A program made the translations under genes and the position numbers. Below are positions 27,621 through 40,113 of a stretch of DNA of 64,000 nucleotides, piece after piece (positions within the stretch are counted from its first letter, which is position 1; each line of letters starts with the position of its first letter). The notes beneath the pieces are model-generated. The model saw only the letters and a program-made list of their open reading frames with translations, was not told where the DNA came from and did no database searches. The stretch comes from Kiritimatiellia bacterium. GTDB lineage: Bacteria; Verrucomicrobiota; Kiritimatiellia; RFP12; UBA1067. The DNA is taken from NCBI GenBank assembly GCA_051884805.1, contig JBJEWA010000140.1:342-64341 (forward strand), given 5' to 3'.

Positions 27621-28394
27621 TTACCCGGGGAAGACTCCCTGCCGGACCTCGTTGACGTAGGCGGAGAACGCCGCCCGCACCGTCTCCGCCAGATTGGCGT
27701 ATTTCCTGACGAAGGACGGCACCTTCTCGTTCAGGCCGAGCAAGTCGTGCATGACCAGCCACTGCGCATCGCAGGCCGGACCCGCGCCGATGCCGACCGT
27801 GACGATCTTGAGCGTCGCCGTCACCGCCGCCGCCAGTTCCGCCGGCACGCATTCGAGCGTCACGGCGAAGGCACCCGCCGCCTCGACGGCCTGGGCGTCA
27901 GCGAGAATCCTCTCCGCATCCTCGCGGGTCTTCCCCTGCTGCTTGAATCCGCCGTAGGAATTGACGCTCTGCGGCGTCATGCCGACGTGCGCCAGGACGG
28001 GAATGCCGGCCGTCGTCAGGCGCCGGATCAGCCCGCAGACGGACGAGCCGCCCTCAAGCTTGACCGCATCCGCGCCCGCCTTGACGAGCGCGACGGCGTT
28101 CTCGACGGCCTTGTCGTCGCCGCACTGGTAGGAGCCGAACGGCATGTCGCCGACGACCAGCGCGTCCTTCACCGCCCGCGCGACGGCGGCGACGGACGCC
28201 AGCGTGTCGGACATGTTGACGGGCAGGGTGGTCGCGTAGCCCAGCGTGTTCATGCCCATCGAGTCGCCGACCAGGACGATCGGCACCCCGGCTTCGTCCG
28301 CCAGCCGCGCAAAACAGGCGTCGTACGCCGTACAGCAGCCGAGCTTCTCGACGCCTTTCGCCGCCCGAACGGTCGCTACATTCCATTTCTTCAT
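27621..28394 (-). CDS. panB: 3-methyl-2-oxobutanoate hydroxymethyltransferase (ketopantoate hydroxymethyltransferase)
   Basis: About 257 aa from MKKWNV. TAYD, LVGDSMGM and GHVGMTPQS motifs are typical of PanB. The track ORF's 5' extension was trimmed. Confidence 0.85.
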   Translation of the reverse strand: MKKWNVATVRAAKGVEKLGCCTAYDACFARLADEAGVPIVLVGDSMGMNTLGYATTLPVNMSDTLASVAAVARAVKDALVVGDMPFGSYQCGDDKAVENAVALVKAGADAVKLEGGSSVCGLIRRLTTAGIPVLAHVGMTPQSVNSYGGFKQQGKTREDAERILADAQAVEAAGAFAVTLECVPAELAAAVTATLKIVTVGIGAGPACDAQWLVMHDLLGLNEKVPSFVRKYANLAETVRAAFSAYVNEVRQGVFPG

Positions 28395-28455
28395 CTTCCC
28401 AGCGCTCCTCCGGACGAGAATTATACCATTTCTTTTTGCTATACTATGCGGAAAC

Positions 28456-31008
28456 ATGGTCAAAAGCGGCATCACACAACAGGACCTGATTGACTGGGGC
28501 GGAACCGAGGTCTTCAATCAGGCGGTGGCCCTGTGCAACTCCGGCGACGTTTCCGACGTCCGCTACGACGACGGCACCCTGACTGTTTCCGGCAAGATCG
28601 AGCAGCCCAACGGCTGGGCGATGCCCGTTTCCTTCCAGCTGGAAGCCGACGGGCGGATCACCTCGCACTGTCCGTGCGTGACCAACCAGAAGTACGGGCA
28701 GATCTGCCGGCACGTCGTCGCCATCGGCTTCGCCCTTTCCATCCTGGAAATGGAAGACGAACCGGCGCCGGCGGACGGTGCGCCCGGGCTGGCGCCTCCG
28801 CCCCCGCCCCAGTACATCGAAGTGCCGATGGCGCCGAAGTTCTACGCGCTGGTGTCCGGCTCGCGGGCGGCCCTGTCGGTCGAACTCGACGCCTATTACG
28901 GCGACATCGACTTTCCCGCCTGCTCGGTGCAGTCCGAGCGCGTCGTCTACCTCGAAGACCCCGACGACGACCTCGTCCGCCGCGTCCGCTCGCTGAAGGC
29001 CGAGAAGGACGCCGTCGCGGCGCTGGAGGGCTGGGGCTTCCATCCGGGCTATGCGGAAGGCGACTTCCGACTCTACCTGACCGACCCGCAGAAGGTCCTG
29101 AACTTTCTCGGCGCGGGACTGCCCGCCCTGCGGCGCAGGGGCTGGCGCGTCGATCTCTCCCCGCGCCTGATGGCGCTGACGGACCAGATGCCGTCCGTCG
29201 TGCCGGTCGTCGAAGTGCGCGACGCCGCCGGCGGCGACTTCGACGTGCGCATCTCCTTCGACGCCATGGGAACCGACGTCTCGCCCGTCGAGGTCCAGGC
29301 CGCGCTCAACCGCGGCGACGGCTACATCCTGAAGGACGGCGCCGTCACCCTGCTCGACAACCGGGCCATCGAAGCGATGCGCGGCGTCTTCAGCGACTGC
29401 GCGCTCGCCGGGCAGGACGCGCCGACGGGATGGATCCGCATCAAGGGCGTCTACGGCGCCTACGTCAAGTCCTCCCTCGACCTGCTCGACAGCATCGAGG
29501 TCGAGGACTCCGCAGCCAAGCGCTGGCGGGAAGACGCCGCCGCGCGCAACGACCGCAATCCGAACGCCCGCTTCGAACCCGTCGCGCTCGGGCCGCTCGA
29601 CGCGGTGCTCCGCCCCTACCAGAAGCAGGGCGTCTACTGGATGCGCTTCCTGGAGGAGGCCGGGCTCTGCGGACTGCTGGCGGACGAAATGGGCCTCGGC
29701 AAGACGCTGCAGACGCTTACCTGGCTCTCCCTGCCCCGCGTCGGACGGCGCCCGAACGCCCGGCCCGACGGCGATGCGCGGCAGCCGGCCCTCGTCGTCT
29801 GCCCGACGTCGCTGGTGCGCAACTGGGAGGCCGAGGCGCGGAAGTTCACGCCCTGGCTGAAGGTGCTGGTGATCTCCGGCCCCGACCGCGCCAGGGACTT
29901 CCGGCGGATTCCCGACGCCGATCTCGTCGTCACCTCCTACGCCCTGCTGCAGCGCGACTTCGAAGACGCCTACTGCGGCAGGGAGTTTTCCGCGCTGGTC
30001 ATCGACGAGGCCCAGCACGTCAAGAACCGCGAGACGAAGAACGCCAGGTCCGTGAAGGCGATCAACGCCCGGCGGCGCCTTGCGCTGACGGGTACGCCGA
30101 TCGAGAACTCCGTCGCCGACGCCTGGTCGATCTTCGACTTCCTGATGCCGGACTATCTCGGCGACTACGAGTCGTTCAAGGCCGACTACGAGGACCGGAT
30201 CTCGCCGCGCGACGCCGAGGAAGCGGATCTCCGCGAATCGTCCGAGGCCCTGGCGCGGCTCAAGCGCAAGCTCCATCCCTTCATCCTGCGCCGGGTCAAG
30301 AAGACCGTGGCGAAGGACCTGCCCGACAAGATCGTCAAGGTCTCCTACTGCCCGATGTCCGACGACGCGCAGCGCGAATACGCGGCCGCGCTCGCGAAGA
30401 CGCGGCGCGACGCCGGCGGCCTGGTAAGGCAGAAGGGCTTCGCCAAGTCGAAGTTCGAGATCCTGGCGATGCTGACGAAGCTCCGCCAGATCGCCTCGCG
30501 GGCCAAGGTCGAGCCGTTCATGGAGCAGCTGGCGTCCGCCATCGCGGGCGGACACAAGATCCTCGTCTTCTCGCAGTTCGTCTCCAGCCTGAAGCTCCTG
30601 CAAGGCGAGCTCCGCAAGGCCGGCGTCCCCTGCTGCTACCTCGACGGCTCCACCCGGGACCGTCTCGGCGAATGCAACCGGTTCAACCGGGAGGCGAGGA
30701 TTCCCGTCTTCCTGATTTCCCTGATGGCAGGCGGCACGGGCCTCAACCTGACCGGCGCCGACATGGTCATGCACTACGACCCGTGGTGGAACCCGGCCGT
30801 CGAGGACCAGGCGACCGACCGCGCGCACCGCATCGGCCAGAGGAAGACGGTCTACGTGATGAAGATGATCGCCTCGGGGTCGATCGAGGAAAAGGTACTC
30901 GCCCTCCAGCGCCGCAAGCAGGCGATCATCGCCGCCACCGTCGACACCTCGGACGCGGCGGTCGTGGAGGCGCTGACCGCCGCCGACCTCGACGAGCTGC
31001 TGGCCTGA
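28456..31008 (+). CDS. SNF2-family helicase/ATPase with N-terminal SWIM zinc finger
   Basis: 850 aa from MVKSG. SWIM motif CPCVTNQKYGQICRHVVA. SNF2_N region (LADEMGLGKTLQTL, DEAQHVKN) and helicase C (LISLMAGGTGLNLTGADMVMHYDPWWNPAVEDQATDRAHRIGQ). Confidence 0.85.
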   Translation: MVKSGITQQDLIDWGGTEVFNQAVALCNSGDVSDVRYDDGTLTVSGKIEQPNGWAMPVSFQLEADGRITSHCPCVTNQKYGQICRHVVAIGFALSILEMEDEPAPADGAPGLAPPPPPQYIEVPMAPKFYALVSGSRAALSVELDAYYGDIDFPACSVQSERVVYLEDPDDDLVRRVRSLKAEKDAVAALEGWGFHPGYAEGDFRLYLTDPQKVLNFLGAGLPALRRRGWRVDLSPRLMALTDQMPSVVPVVEVRDAAGGDFDVRISFDAMGTDVSPVEVQAALNRGDGYILKDGAVTLLDNRAIEAMRGVFSDCALAGQDAPTGWIRIKGVYGAYVKSSLDLLDSIEVEDSAAKRWREDAAARNDRNPNARFEPVALGPLDAVLRPYQKQGVYWMRFLEEAGLCGLLADEMGLGKTLQTLTWLSLPRVGRRPNARPDGDARQPALVVCPTSLVRNWEAEARKFTPWLKVLVISGPDRARDFRRIPDADLVVTSYALLQRDFEDAYCGREFSALVIDEAQHVKNRETKNARSVKAINARRRLALTGTPIENSVADAWSIFDFLMPDYLGDYESFKADYEDRISPRDAEEADLRESSEALARLKRKLHPFILRRVKKTVAKDLPDKIVKVSYCPMSDDAQREYAAALAKTRRDAGGLVRQKGFAKSKFEILAMLTKLRQIASRAKVEPFMEQLASAIAGGHKILVFSQFVSSLKLLQGELRKAGVPCCYLDGSTRDRLGECNRFNREARIPVFLISLMAGGTGLNLTGADMVMHYDPWWNPAVEDQATDRAHRIGQRKTVYVMKMIASGSIEEKVLALQRRKQAIIAATVDTSDAAVVEALTAADLDELLA

Positions 31009-31011
31009 GGC

Positions 31012-32088
31012 TCAGTAGCCGCAGTCCATGATCGGCCGCTCGCAGCCGAACGTCGCGGCGATGAGCGCCGCGCGGATCCACATGCCGTTGCGCATCTGCC
31101 GCCAGTACATCGCCCGCGGATCGTTGTCGCAGCACGTGGCGATCTCGTCGCGGCGCGGCAGCGGGTGCATGATGCAGCCGTCGGACTTCAGGAGCCTGAG
31201 TTCCTCGGCGCCGAACTTGAAGCGGCTCGTGTCGATCTTCGCCGACGCCCCCTTCGCGCTGTCCCACTCGTCCTGGATGCGCGTCATGTAGACGGCGTCG
31301 GCCACCCTGACGGCGTCGCGCAGGCTGTCGCAGACCTCGAACTCGACCCCCTTCTTCGCCAGGATCATGACCACGTCGGCCGGCACCTGGAGTTCCTGCG
31401 GCGCGACGAAGATCTGCCGGACGTTCCGGAAGTTCGTCAGCAGATAGCTGAGCGAGCGCACGGTGCGGCCGCGCAACAGGTCGCCGCAGAAGACCACCGT
31501 CCGCCCGTCGACGCCGCCCTTGCCCTCGAACGAGCGCACGAGCGTGTAGACGTCGAGCAGGGCCTGCGTCGGATGCTGGTCCTTCCCCGAACCGGCGTTC
31601 AGGATCGGGATGGGACGGTCACTGTTGGAAAGCTCCCACGCCATCTTCTCGGCCAGCCCCTGCTCCGGCGAGCGCATGATGATCATGTCGAAGTAGCTCG
31701 AGAAGGTGCGGATCGAGTCTTCCTTCGATTCGCCCTTGAATTCGGACGACGTCGCGGCATCGCGCACGGACCCGGTCGTGATGCCGAGGATCTGGCAGGC
31801 GGCGAGGTGCGACAGGAAGGTGCGCGAGCTCGGCTGCGAGAAATACAGCATCGCCCGCTTGTGCGCCAGGACGCCCTTCAGGTAGAGTGCGCCCTCCCGC
31901 GACTTGTTGATGAAGCGGATGCGGCTGGCCAGCGCGCACAGGCGTTCGAGCAGCGCACGGTCAAACTGCTGCGCGAACAGGGTGTGGTACGGCATCCCGT
32001 CGCCTTCGGCACGCTCCAGATACGGGCGCTTCTCGTCAAGCGCGAGCGCCGAAAACTCCTTCCAGCCGATTTCCGTCAGTTTCGCCAT
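31012..32088 (-). CDS. pyrB: aspartate carbamoyltransferase catalytic chain (slightly divergent CP-binding motif SSRTF instead of STRTR)
   Basis: About 358 aa from MAKLTEIGW. Aligns along its length with E. coli PyrB (QHPTQALLD, GDLLRGRTVRSL, VYMTRIQ, HPLPRRDEIA). Ser/Arg/Thr of the CP site and the Arg/Gln aspartate-site residues are conserved. Confidence 0.8.
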   Translation of the reverse strand: MAKLTEIGWKEFSALALDEKRPYLERAEGDGMPYHTLFAQQFDRALLERLCALASRIRFINKSREGALYLKGVLAHKRAMLYFSQPSSRTFLSHLAACQILGITTGSVRDAATSSEFKGESKEDSIRTFSSYFDMIIMRSPEQGLAEKMAWELSNSDRPIPILNAGSGKDQHPTQALLDVYTLVRSFEGKGGVDGRTVVFCGDLLRGRTVRSLSYLLTNFRNVRQIFVAPQELQVPADVVMILAKKGVEFEVCDSLRDAVRVADAVYMTRIQDEWDSAKGASAKIDTSRFKFGAEELRLLKSDGCIMHPLPRRDEIATCCDNDPRAMYWRQMRNGMWIRAALIAATFGCERPIMDCGY

Positions 32089-32146
32089 CGTCAGTCCTCC
32101 GTGCGGGTTTCCTTTCGTCTGGACGCAGCCGGGTCGCCGGCGGAAC

Positions 32147-33370
32147 TCACATCGCCGCGGCAAGCGCGTCGCCGAATTCCGAGCACTTCACCTCGGTCGC
32201 GCCCTCCATCTGGCGCGCGAAGTCGTAGGTGACGGTCTTCGCGGCGATGACCCGGTCCATCGCGGCGATGATCCGGTCCGCCGCCTCGGTCCAGCCCATA
32301 TAGCGCAGCATCATCTCGCCGGAGAGGATGAGCGAACCCGGGTTGACCTTGTCGAGGCCCGCGTACTTCGGCGCCGTGCCGTGCGTCGCCTCGAAGACGG
32401 CGACGCCCGTCTGGTAGTTGATGTTCGCGCCGGGGGCGATGCCGATGCCGCCCACGGTCGCCGCGAGCGCGTCGGAGACGTAGTCGCCGTTGAGGTTCAG
32501 CGTCGCAATCACGTCGTATTCGGCCGGACGCGTCAGGATCTGCTGCAGGAACGCGTCGCAGATGCAGTCCTTCACCGTAATCGTGCGGCCCGTCCGCGGA
32601 TTCCTGAACTCGCACCACGGCCCCTGGCCGATCACCGTCGCGCCGTACTCGCGCTGCGCCAGCTTGTAGCCCCAGTCGCGGAACGCGCCCTCGGTGAACT
32701 TCTGGATGTTGCCCTTGTGGACGAGCGTGACCGACTTGCGGTCGTTCGCAATCGCGTAGTCGAGCGCGGCCCGGACGAGGCGCTCCGTGCCCTCAAGCGA
32801 CACCGGCTTGATGCCGATCGACGCCGTCTGCGGGAAGCGGATCTTCTTCACGCCCATCTCGTGCAGCAGGAACGCCTTCACCTTGTCGGCCTCGGGCGTG
32901 CCGTTCATCCATTCGATGCCGGCGTAGATGTCTTCGGTGTTCTCGCGGAAGATCACCATGTCCGTCAGCTCCGGACGCTTCACCGGGGAGGGCACGCCCT
33001 TGAACCAGCGGACGGGCCGGAGGCAGACGTAGAGGTCGAGCTCCTGGCGCATGGCGACGTTGATGGAGCGGATGCCGCCGCCGACCGGCGTCGTGAGCGG
33101 ACCCTTGATCGAGACGAGGCAGTCGCGGCAGGCGTCAAGCGTCGCCTGCGGCAGCCATTCGCCGGTCTGCCGGAACGCCTTTTCGCCGGCGAGGACCTCC
33201 CGCCATTCGATCTTCCGCGCGCCGCCGTAGGCCTTCTCGACCGCGGCGTTCCACACGGTCATCGCCGCGCGCGTGATATCGGGGCCCGTGCCGTCGCCCT
33301 CGATGAAAGGAACCACCGGATTCTCGGGAACGGACAGCTTCCCGCCCTGCATCGTGATTTTCTCGCTCAT
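32147..33370 (-). CDS. icd: NADP-dependent isocitrate dehydrogenase
   Basis: About 408 aa from [15 protein letters not shown]. Typical prokaryotic homodimeric IDH motifs ([21 protein letters not shown]). Confidence 0.9.
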   Translation of the reverse strand: MSEKITMQGGKLSVPENPVVPFIEGDGTGPDITRAAMTVWNAAVEKAYGGARKIEWREVLAGEKAFRQTGEWLPQATLDACRDCLVSIKGPLTTPVGGGIRSINVAMRQELDLYVCLRPVRWFKGVPSPVKRPELTDMVIFRENTEDIYAGIEWMNGTPEADKVKAFLLHEMGVKKIRFPQTASIGIKPVSLEGTERLVRAALDYAIANDRKSVTLVHKGNIQKFTEGAFRDWGYKLAQREYGATVIGQGPWCEFRNPRTGRTITVKDCICDAFLQQILTRPAEYDVIATLNLNGDYVSDALAATVGGIGIAPGANINYQTGVAVFEATHGTAPKYAGLDKVNPGSLILSGEMMLRYMGWTEAADRIIAAMDRVIAAKTVTYDFARQMEGATEVKCSEFGDALAAAM

Positions 33371-33467
33371 GCCGCATATTATACCACATGGCCCCGACCG
33401 GAGCGGACCGCAAAATTCACTCAGATAGCGGAACCAAGGGGGCGGATGCGGCGACTGCCTTCGCAAC

Positions 33468-34394
33468 TCACCTGCTCCGGGCGTCCTCCAGATTGGTGTC
33501 GTTATCCCTGGGATTGAACCACGTCTTGATGCTCAATCCGATGGCGAGGTTCAGCTTTTCGCCAATCCGCCCGTAGTTGGCATGCGTCACTTGACCGGTA
33601 CCGTTGGTCGCCGTCCGCGTGCGGAAGATGAAATACTCGTCATCCTTGGGAATGTCGATTTTTACCATTCGATCGTTCTTGCGCTCGATTTCGAGCACAA
33701 GCGATTTAGCATAGTCGGCATTTGCATTTGCCTCATAAGCATAGGAGAATTTGCTAAACGACTCCGTTTTCACGCGATAAAGTCCATCAACGACATTAGG
33801 CATTTTAAGGGTCAATTTGTTCCAGTAGCTTACCGCCCATCCGTCTTCGGGATGTTCGATGGCTTCATAAAAAAGCGATATGTCCTTGTGTCTCCCCTTG
33901 CCGTATGGCGGACACCATTGGCAAGATTCCAAATCGAGGAAAAACACCTCGTTTGTGGCGGGAAACACCCAATACTGACGATGATTCAGTTTAAGCGAGG
34001 TAGGCTGGCGCTTTTTCTTTAGCGTTGCCACGGTTTCAACCGTTTCAACAGACCATTTGCGCTGGCGCTCCGCCTCTTTATCGGACAGGGTCTGGAGTTT
34101 AGGGATGATTCTGGTGTCGTAATACCCTGCTTTGCGAATCCAGGCGTACGCTTCGCCTACACAGTTCCCCTTGGCGGAGAAAAGACCTTCCGCGTCAGTT
34201 TCACCGCGTTTGACCTCCACCTTCTCCGGAGCCGTGTAGAACGTCACGGACACCGGAGCGTCGGAAACGACCTTGCCCTTGTCGTCAACGACTTTGATCC
34301 GGACATTCGCCAATGCACCGTCTATAACCGGGCTGTATGCGAAGGCCAAACGGGCAAGACAGATTACCGCCAAAAGACAAGAAAAAGCCTTCAT
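33468..34394 (-). CDS. secreted hypothetical protein (N-terminal Ig/CarboxypepD_reg-like beta-sandwich); lies in the low-GC islet
   Basis: 308 aa with a signal peptide ([19 protein letters not shown]). No recognisable catalytic motif. Gene GC is about 48%. Confidence 0.6.
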   Translation of the reverse strand: MKAFSCLLAVICLARLAFAYSPVIDGALANVRIKVVDDKGKVVSDAPVSVTFYTAPEKVEVKRGETDAEGLFSAKGNCVGEAYAWIRKAGYYDTRIIPKLQTLSDKEAERQRKWSVETVETVATLKKKRQPTSLKLNHRQYWVFPATNEVFFLDLESCQWCPPYGKGRHKDISLFYEAIEHPEDGWAVSYWNKLTLKMPNVVDGLYRVKTESFSKFSYAYEANANADYAKSLVLEIERKNDRMVKIDIPKDDEYFIFRTRTATNGTGQVTHANYGRIGEKLNLAIGLSIKTWFNPRDNDTNLEDARSR

Positions 34395-35584
34395 TGTTTC
34401 AATCCCCCAACTTCAACGATCTTCTGAAAGACAAGATGCACGAAGAAATATGCGACGTTCTTGACATCCGAATGAAGGAAGCGCCCGCCCAACCGTCCAT
34501 CATCGGGGCGAGGCCATGCATTCACCTTAAACTCGGCAGAGTTCATGTCAAAGGATGGAATGCGTTTATGCCAAAGATTGGTCCTTCCTGTCGGCGGCGA
34601 AAGCGCGGGGATGCCCTGCGCAAGATGGGAATCCGTTTCAAGCCGCGTGGCGCAAGGATTCGTGATTGATTCTGGATAGGGATTGAAAACGGTATTCGTG
34701 GCAAAAACGGAGGGATCGGCAACCGCATTTGCATCGCTGGCCGACCATGTCCGGACGCCAAGGGCGTTGCAGCTGAAACCCCAGCCAGACCATTCCGTCG
34801 TCCCGATGAATCCAAGCAGCGACTTGCGACCTTTCCAAATCTCCTGTTTGTGCCACGAATAGCGGTCGCCCCAGTTGCCCGAAGGGCTAAGACCGTTGTA
34901 CCATGCAGGATTGTGCGCGTTAGGGTAGAGTTCAAGCACCTCGTCACCTGACGAATAGAAATTGACGGCAATCGGCACAACTGCGGCGAACCTGCCTCGC
35001 CATGTCAGCCGGCTGCGCGCATCGCCACTCGGGAAAAGCCGATGCCAAAGCGCCGTCCAACAAGTGTTTGTGTAACTAGTCCAGCTATCATGCACCAACT
35101 TGTTTTCCGGCGTTGCATCAGCAAGCGATGGGTCGAACGCCTCGGACGGGATGGCCGAATTGAGCATGATCAGCTTTTCGACCTGCATTCCGTAGTCCTG
35201 AATCGCGGCGGCGGCTACCATCGTGCCGAGACTGTGAGCGATGACAACGCGTCGACCGGGGATGCTGTTTACATACGGAGCAAGGCGCGAAGCCGTCACA
35301 AAGGCGTTTGAAACGTTGACTTGGTAATTGTACGACGGCCCAATGTCCGACTCCCACGCGACAGGGTAAAACTCCATGTTTGCGCCGGCTTGCCAAAGCC
35401 GCTTGAACATTTCCGATGCCCATGCTCGGGCGTGCCGCTCGCTCACATTTGCTCCGTGGATGAAAAAGACATTCGCTTTTTCAGCACAGGCGACAAGCGG
35501 CGGAAAAATCGCCGCCAACGCAAGAAGCGTCGCCGCGAGGCGACAGCGAAAGACCTGCGACGATTGCCTCGCTTCGGATCTCAT
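34391..35584 (-). CDS. secreted alpha/beta-hydrolase, lipase/esterase-like (GxSxG = AHSLG); possible lipoprotein
   Basis: About 397 aa from MRSEARQS. Signal or lipobox peptide (LVAC). Nucleophile elbow VIAHSLGTMVAAAA. The long 5' extension of track ORF 34391..36574 is out-of-gene junk. Confidence 0.65.
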   Translation of the reverse strand: MRSEARQSSQVFRCRLAATLLALAAIFPPLVACAEKANVFFIHGANVSERHARAWASEMFKRLWQAGANMEFYPVAWESDIGPSYNYQVNVSNAFVTASRLAPYVNSIPGRRVVIAHSLGTMVAAAAIQDYGMQVEKLIMLNSAIPSEAFDPSLADATPENKLVHDSWTSYTNTCWTALWHRLFPSGDARSRLTWRGRFAAVVPIAVNFYSSGDEVLELYPNAHNPAWYNGLSPSGNWGDRYSWHKQEIWKGRKSLLGFIGTTEWSGWGFSCNALGVRTWSASDANAVADPSVFATNTVFNPYPESITNPCATRLETDSHLAQGIPALSPPTGRTNLWHKRIPSFDMNSAEFKVNAWPRPDDGRLGGRFLHSDVKNVAYFFVHLVFQKIVEVGGLKQ

Positions 35585-35613
35585 TCCCTTCCCTTCAACC
35601 TCCGCACCGCGCC

Positions 35614-36879
35614 CTAATCCCCGCGGAAGTCGAGCCTGACCACGACGGACTCGTTCGCCAGCTCGTCGGCCGGAATGCCGCGCACATGGAGACACGGACG
35701 CTTGAGCCGCCGGTAGCTCCTCGGCATCGGCACCACCTCGCACTCCAGCTTCGCCCCCGTGTTGAGCAAAGTCGCCCTCACGGGCAGCCGATCGAGCGGC
35801 GACAGGTCCAGCCCGCACCGGCTCAGGCCCCTGGGATAGTGGGCGTAGACCGTATCGCCGCGAACGGTCGTGAAACACGATGCGTCGGCAACCAGGTTCG
35901 TGACCGTCTCGACGTCGCGGTACGATTCCCGAACGCGACGGAACCAGTCGCCGGTCTTCGCCAGCAGTCCGACGGCCTCCGCCGGCAGCGTGCCGTCCGC
36001 CTTGGGCCCGACGTTGAGCAGATAGTTGCCGCCCATCGACAGGATCGCATCGATGGCGCGCGTCAGATGGCCGACCGTCCGATAGTCCTCGTTCGCGCGA
36101 TAGCCCCAGCTGTCCGCGCCGACGGAGTCGCACGCCTCGGTCGCCCGCCGGAAGCGCGCTCCCGGCGGCACGCTGCGTTCGGGCGTCGAGTAGTCGCCGT
36201 CGCCGCCCCAGCCGCGGTCGTTGACGAGGATGCCCGGCTGCAGCCGACGGACCAGCGCGTTCATCTCGGGCGCGTCGATCCGGGGCGGAATGTCCCAGAA
36301 GAGGCAGACGATCTCGCCGTAGCGCGTCAGGAGTTCGGCCAGCTGGGCTTGCACGTACTCCCGGTATTTCGCCAGGTCCGGAGCGTCTCCGGCCTCCGGC
36401 GCCATCTGGTGCGACGACCGCGCGTTGTAGGCGTGCGGGTGATGCCAGTCCGGATTCGAATAGTAGAGGCCGAAACCGAGGCCGCCGCGACGGCAGGCCG
36501 CCGCGACCTCCCCGAGGACGTCCCGCCCGCACGGCGTCCGGGTCACCTTGAAGTCCGTCGTCTCCGTGTCCCACAGGCAGAAGCCGTCATGGTGCTTCGC
36601 GGTGAAGACGACATAGTCCGCGCCGAGGGACTTCGCCGCGGCGACGAGGGCGTCGGCATCGAAGCGCCCGGCGTCGAAACGCTCCGCATACGCCGCGTAT
36701 TTCGCCCGCGGAACGCCAAGGCGCATGCGTTCCTGCTCATGCCAGGCGCCGACGGCATAGATGCCCCAGTGCACGAACATTCCCAGCCGCCGCGCGAACA
36801 TTCCCCTGCCGTCCGGGAAAGAGGCGGCGGAGAGCGTCAGGCCCGACACCGCCAACAGCGACAACACTATCCTTTTCAT
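35614..36879 (-). CDS. alpha-L-fucosidase, glycoside hydrolase family 29
   Basis: About 421 aa from MKRIVLSLLAVSG (signal peptide). GH29 hallmarks HHDGFCLWDT, YYS..DWHHP and the nucleophile region. Confidence 0.75.
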   Translation of the reverse strand: MKRIVLSLLAVSGLTLSAASFPDGRGMFARRLGMFVHWGIYAVGAWHEQERMRLGVPRAKYAAYAERFDAGRFDADALVAAAKSLGADYVVFTAKHHDGFCLWDTETTDFKVTRTPCGRDVLGEVAAACRRGGLGFGLYYSNPDWHHPHAYNARSSHQMAPEAGDAPDLAKYREYVQAQLAELLTRYGEIVCLFWDIPPRIDAPEMNALVRRLQPGILVNDRGWGGDGDYSTPERSVPPGARFRRATEACDSVGADSWGYRANEDYRTVGHLTRAIDAILSMGGNYLLNVGPKADGTLPAEAVGLLAKTGDWFRRVRESYRDVETVTNLVADASCFTTVRGDTVYAHYPRGLSRCGLDLSPLDRLPVRATLLNTGAKLECEVVPMPRSYRRLKRPCLHVRGIPADELANESVVVRLDFRGD

Positions 36880-36972
36880 TCCACTCCCTCCGCTTTCACG
36901 CCTGGCGACACCACGTCCCAAGGCGGAGGAAGTATAGCCGAAACGTCCCCGTCAGGTCAACGGCAGGCAGTC

Positions 36973-40110
<3,138 letters not shown>

Positions 40111-40113
40111 CCC

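Noticed and set aside
28456-31008. SWIM-SNF2 helicase as the core of a phage-defence island
   Set aside because: The flanking genes are housekeeping (panB, pyrB). No methyltransferase, nuclease, PglZ-like or DUF1998 partner is within 10 kb.
31012-32088. Idea that the pyrB homolog is an inactive pseudo-ATCase because STRTR is SSRTF and there is an N-terminal extension
   Set aside because: By alignment to E. coli PyrB, the residues that contact carbamoyl phosphate and aspartate (Ser, Arg, Thr of the STRT motif, the Arg of the MRHP motif, the His/Gln of HPTQ, the Arg of RTVxSL, the Arg/Gln of MTRxQ, and HPLP) are all conserved. It is most likely an active ATCase.
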